From positions 736,001-800,000 of the forward strand of contig CAVVMW010000006.1 in assembly GCA_963749495.1 (NCBI GenBank): a stretch of 64,000 nucleotides of DNA. The letters are read 5' to 3'. Below, piece by piece: positions 59,344-64,000 of the stretch. Origin of the DNA: an uncultured bacterium (GTDB lineage Bacteria > Verrucomicrobiota > Verrucomicrobiia > Limisphaerales > UBA8199). The position numbers and the translations under genes are program-made. The notes beneath the pieces are model-generated. The model had not been told where the DNA came from. It made no database searches and saw only the letters and a list, made by a program, of their open reading frames with translations. Numbering within the stretch: the first letter of the stretch is position 1; the number at the start of each line of letters is the position of its first letter.

Positions 59344-60970
59344 CCGTCTTTTGCCCACCTGACGGCCCAGCATCGCACGCATTTGATCTCTGCGGCGTTT
59401 TCTCAGGCCCGACCACCTTCCAGAGTGCCGGCTGCGATCACGACGCCTCTCGGATCATCTGGCGAGCAGCAATGGACAATTATACAATAACCTGATATGT
59501 GCATCCCCCGCATTAGCAGCCCTATTTGCGACTCAATAAAACGAGCCGCTCACCGAGCGGCTCGCTCGCCAGTGAGAGCACTTGGGTCAACCTCTCACAA
59601 CTCATATCCCAACGGACTCCGTGTCCGACGGAGAGTCCCTCGAACGATTCGCTCTGAGCCGCAGAGTGAGAAGGGATACTCCCTCGAGACAGCCTCGCAC
59701 CATGTCGAGAACGAGACTGCGACAATCCGTCCTGACTCGCAGGGGAGAGCTTCGGCTTGGGCTCAGGCCTAGGCTTCGCGTCCGATGGGGGCACAGCCTA
59801 CTACGGGCCTCCTGCCTGGCCAGCTTTGTCACTGCTTTAGCAACCAGAAGCCGCGTTGAGGGGAGTTCCTGCCAAGTCAGATCCCACAACGTCTTTTCGC
59901 CAAAGTGCCACCTTCCTTCTACCCTGTCAGCAATGATGTAATACCACTCCCATTTGCCTTCGGCCACTCGCCGTCTTTCTTCCCACTCGATTCTCGTTCC
60001 ATCTTTCATTTTTCGTGTGTTAAATTGTTCAACCGCTTTCTTGTTTTCATTTCCTCCGCAGGCTTCGTGCCACTGGCTTCGAACGTCCATCCGCCTCCCT
60101 GTCTTTTCATCTTTGAGCTTGAATTTGAACAAGATATGACTCGTGGCTGCAATTTCTCCTCCGAGAAACTGACCCCTGATGGGGGGCCCTTTGACGATCC
60201 GGCTCCGCAGTCTGGCGACGACAATCGCCGCGGTCGCCAGTGCGTGACTCCATTGCGGAGCTTCAGCTATGTTTGGCAGGCAGCTCCTGTATCTTTGGCA
60301 ACTCGAAATCAACTTCGACCAAAGGAGCTCTGGTGCCGGCTCCTTGCACCGACGCAATCCCAAGCGTCCCGAGATGCCCAGTGGCAACGAAGCAGTGGCC
60401 CTGAGCTTGGCACTAACAACGAACCGGGGATTGGGGTCAGCCTTCCGGGGAAGGCGATCCCCGATGGCGGCACACCGCAACATCACAGATGCCCATTACG
60501 GAGCAATAAAGGCTTACCGCCGCCAAGTGCCGTTGCGTGGCATAGAAAATGCTGTGGACCGAGATACTGCCTGCGGGCATGTGGTCAGTGTGAAGCGACC
60601 AAAACGTCGAAGTATGCGCAAACAGTTGTTAATGCGTGCATCCCGCACGGCGCTAGGAGACGGCGATCTATCAAGCAGGGGTATCTTCTTAAGGCCCTTT
60701 GGCCAAGCTGTCTTGGGCTCCTTCTTGCTTGCCCATAAAAGGTTGTGGCCTCAGACTGGCATTGCAGCAGTTGACGATGGCGCGGACGAAATGTGAAGCG
60801 TAACAGGCTTCGATTACTCTTGATTATGAATTCGCCGAATGTATCTGAACACAACTTGGAACTGCATCGCCCAACTCACATTCGAGTCGGAACCGGGAAG
60901 CTGAAACATTCAAGCCCATCCCCGTTGGAGGATGGGGAGAGCTTGGCAAGACAATGCATCGAGGCCCTAG

Positions 60971-63049
60971 CCTGGATTCCCACGGATAGGCCTGACCTAA
61001 CCTTGAGCAGCCTCCTCGGCCAGCCTCACCCTGTATTTGCCATGGATCTTCCAGAATGACGTTAGTCGTACTATGAATATATAGATATTGTCCACTATGT
61101 CATAATGCCCGCCGATCGACTCCTCGCTCTGGCCAGACGCTCCGATCCCTACGGATTTGTCCCGTTTCACCAGAAAAATGCGCCATGGCACCCCTACAGG
61201 TTGTATTTCCGCTTGACAACCCCACCATATATGACATAGTGGAGACGTGTTTAACAATAAACACAAAAAACTAACCGATCTGGCCCAGGCTTTTCTCACG
61301 CCGACCAACTCCACCCACCGCCAATATGAGGCCCTCCGCGCCTTCTTCGTCGAGGGCCTCCCTTCCCAAGACGCCGCCCGCCGCTTCGGCTATTCGCCGG
61401 GCAGTTTCCGCGTCCTGGCCTGCCAGTTCCGCCAAGAGCCAGACCGCCCCTTCTTTTTGCCTCCAGCCAAGGGACCTCACCGCGCCCCTAAATCCGACCC
61501 CTGGCGCCTCAAGATTGTCCAGGCCCGCAAACAAAACCTCTCCATTTACGACATCAGCCGGCTCCTGCAGGAGCAAGGTCATCGGCTCAGCCCGGTCTCC
61601 GTAGCCCATGTCCTCAAGGAAGAAGGCTTTGCTCGCCTGCCGCGACGGGCCGATGAAGAACGGCCCTCCCACCCCCATCCCGAAACCGCCCCGGTCGCCG
61701 ATGCCCGCCTGCTGGATTTGTCCGCGCACCAGTTCCGCACCCAATTTGGCGGCCTGTTCCTGTTCGTGCCCTACCTGAGCGCCGTGCCCTGGGAGCGTAT
61801 CCTGGAGCAGAGCCAGTTCCCCGGCACCCGGCAGATCCCCGCCGCTCACGCCATGCGCTCCCTGTTGGGGCTTAAGTTGCATGGCTCGGCTCGTCACAGC
61901 CATGTGATGAGCGACGTGTTCGACGCCGGCCTGGCCTTGTTCGCCGGCCTCAATTGCGTCCCCAAACGTTCTTTCCTCACCGAATACAGTTGCCGGATTG
62001 ATCCGCCGTCTTACCCCAAACTCATGCACCGCTGGTTTGATGGCGCCCGTCAGTTGGGCCTGCCCCGCGGCGAGTCCTTCGATCTGGACTTTCACACCAT
62101 CCCTTTCCACGGCGAGGATGCCCTCCTGCAAAAGCATTACGTCTCCAAGCGCAGCCGCCGGCAGAAGGGCCTCTTGGCCTTTGTGGCCCAGGATGCCGAC
62201 ACGCACGTGTTCTGCTATGGCAATGCCCAGGTGCGCAAGGAGAACCAGAACGAAGAGGTGCTGCACTTTGCCCGCTACTGGAAGGAGCGGACCGGCCAGT
62301 GGCCGCAGGAGTTGATTTTTGATTCCAAACTCACGACCTATGCCAACCTGAGCTGGCTCGACAACCAGGACATCGAGTTCATTACGCTGCGGCGCCGTTC
62401 GGCCGCCATGCTCCAGGAAGTGCGCACCTGGCCCGATTCGGCTTGGCGCCGCATCTCCCTGGAAAGCATCTCCCGCCTTTATCGGGAGCCGCGCATCGTC
62501 AACCAGCGCATCGAGTTGAAGGGCTACCAGGGGCCCATCCGCCAGATGATTATCACCGATTTGGGCCACGAGGACCCCACCTTTCTGCTGACCAATCAAT
62601 TGCGGCGCTCGGCCCCCAAGCTCATTGGGCGTTACGCCCGGCGCATGATTATCGAGAACAACATCCAGGACGGCATCAACTTTTTCCACATGGATGCGCT
62701 GTCCTCGGCGGTGCCGATGAAGGTCGATTGCGATCTGCAATTAACCCTCATAGCCAGCAGTCTCTATCGGCTCTTGGGAGTTCAAATCGGGCAAGGCTAT
62801 GAACGAGCCAAATCCCGAACCCTGTTCCGGGACTTCGTGGATGCAACGGCAACGGTGGCCATTAGCGCGGAGGCGATCACCGTCCGCTTTCAGAAACGGG
62901 CCCACAATCCGTTGCTGCTCAACGCAGGCTTTAACAAGAAGCAGGTCAAGGTCCCCTGGTTGGACAATCGAACCCTCCGGTTGGTCTTCGGCTAGAGCGG
63001 GCCAACGGGAAAAAAATGTTAGGTCGCGTCCCATGCATGGGAATCCAGG
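60971..63049 (+). mobile_element. Insertion sequence inserted at a CTAG target
   Basis: CTAG|CCTGGATTCCCA (60967-60982) ... TGGGAATCCAGG|CTAG (63038-63053). Confidence 0.88.
61247..62995 (+). CDS. DDE transposase with N-terminal HTH
   Basis: LDFHTIPFHG, LIFDSKL, YARRM.IEN.I. Confidence 0.88.
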   Translation: MFNNKHKKLTDLAQAFLTPTNSTHRQYEALRAFFVEGLPSQDAARRFGYSPGSFRVLACQFRQEPDRPFFLPPAKGPHRAPKSDPWRLKIVQARKQNLSIYDISRLLQEQGHRLSPVSVAHVLKEEGFARLPRRADEERPSHPHPETAPVADARLLDLSAHQFRTQFGGLFLFVPYLSAVPWERILEQSQFPGTRQIPAAHAMRSLLGLKLHGSARHSHVMSDVFDAGLALFAGLNCVPKRSFLTEYSCRIDPPSYPKLMHRWFDGARQLGLPRGESFDLDFHTIPFHGEDALLQKHYVSKRSRRQKGLLAFVAQDADTHVFCYGNAQVRKENQNEEVLHFARYWKERTGQWPQELIFDSKLTTYANLSWLDNQDIEFITLRRRSAAMLQEVRTWPDSAWRRISLESISRLYREPRIVNQRIELKGYQGPIRQMIITDLGHEDPTFLLTNQLRRSAPKLIGRYARRMIIENNIQDGINFFHMDALSSAVPMKVDCDLQLTLIASSLYRLLGVQIGQGYERAKSRTLFRDFVDATATVAISAEAITVRFQKRAHNPLLLNAGFNKKQVKVPWLDNRTLRLVFG

Positions 63050-64000
63050 CTAGGCGACACCTCCCAGTTCCCGCCTCGTCTGTTGGTTTTTCTGCCCACC
63101 CAACATTTCAAACCATACAGGCCGGTCGTGATTGGAATCCGGAACAAGTTAGCTGAACTTGGATTTGGCAATACCCCCCTCGTAGGGGCTTCCGTTGCTG
63201 TTTGTGTTTTCGATGATGAATTTCATGAGGAGGGCGCTTTGCTGATCGGTCTCGGCTCCAAGCTCATCAAGGCCGTCACGGCGACTGGGATCGACGCCCA
63301 GAAAGATTGGAGGATGGGGGTTGACAAACTGCTCGACGGCTTGGGGCTCAATGCACAGAAGGACCTCAACCCCCGTGGAAATCGGTTCATGTTGACCTTC
63401 CTACCCGGTCTTGACGAAAGCGGGGATTTTAGAAGTGACAGAGCGGGTGAGATCATGGATGAGCTGCGGCAGCGGACCCACGCACGCTTGCCCATGTTTG
63501 GAGGAGTAGCATGCGGCGGCCTTAACTACGGCCAGGGCACGCTTTTCGAAGGGGACAACGTTTATTGTGGAGCCGCTGTCGCCGCCCTCGTGGATTGTGA
63601 CATTGCGTACGGCATCACCTTGGCGTTGGGCCTAGCTGAGACTAAAGAAGTCTTGCGAGTGAAGTCGGTCTCCGATGACGGGCACGCCATCACCGCCTTC
63701 TGGGACGGTGATCTCAAGACGGTCATGGGGCGCCTGCCTTCAGACTGCTTTTTCCGAGAAAGGCGCGATTATGGTGATTTTTTCGTTGTGCAGCCAAGCG
63801 TGCTGGAAGACCGTGTGCTGCTTAGGCGACCAGTGACGGAGCGGTCTGTTCTTCATGTCATGCGGCCAGACCCTAAGGGCCTGAGTGAGGTGGGCAGCAA
63901 GGCTATGAACCGCTTGATGCAGCGTGCCAGGCTTCGGCCCGGCCGAATAACGGGCCTGCTGGGCATTGGTTGCGTGGCCAGGTACCGCCTCCACAAATCC

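Larger units (their letters stand above)
60826..64000 (+). pseudogene. FIST-domain sensory protein interrupted by an IS; runs off the window
   Basis: Removing the IS joins ...QCIEAL-GDTSQFPP...; open frame 63053-64000 with PLVGAS, PMFGGVA, F.GD.V...AAV, GCVAR. Confidence 0.75.

Noticed and set aside
59602..60738. Overlapping ORFs on both strands
   Set aside because: No recognisable motifs; cannot decide which, if any, is real.
61271..62740. 489 aa minus-strand ORF (likewise 1831..3051)
   Set aside because: Antisense shadows of GC-rich transposase and cas1 genes.

Overview
GC-rich bacterial window; the gene content suggests Verrucomicrobiota (inference). (1) 1-4962: end of a type III-associated CRISPR locus with csx3, an NE0113-type CARF protein, cas1, cas2 and a 20-repeat/19-spacer array. 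Several spacers are redundant or share a hairpin target. (2) 5.4-18.6 kb: accessory genes (DoxX, Gfo/Idh/MocA, M24 peptidase, ABC permease-RCC1, blaR1-like/blaI). An IS separates blaI from its start codon and operators. (3) From 18.8 kb: tRNA-Ile2(CAT), flanked on its 5' side by an integrative element. It encodes a tyrosine integrase, an ECF sigma/PadR module, an excisionase, a ~12 kb one-strand array of small paralogous genes with conserved leaders, two tandem primase-like genes, a helicase and an inverted-iteron origin-like site. No capsid or conjugation genes were recognised. (4) 43.5-64 kb: island cargo and remnants (HEPN/MltR-like gene, GNAT, comM 5' fragment, PD-(D/E)XK nuclease, a second related replication-module remnant, pRiA4b ORF3/CcbP cluster, FIST protein). 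Four IS elements have readable ends and target duplications, and each disrupts a gene that can be reconstructed. Many single frameshifts may be assembly errors. All family calls come from motif recognition, not database searches.
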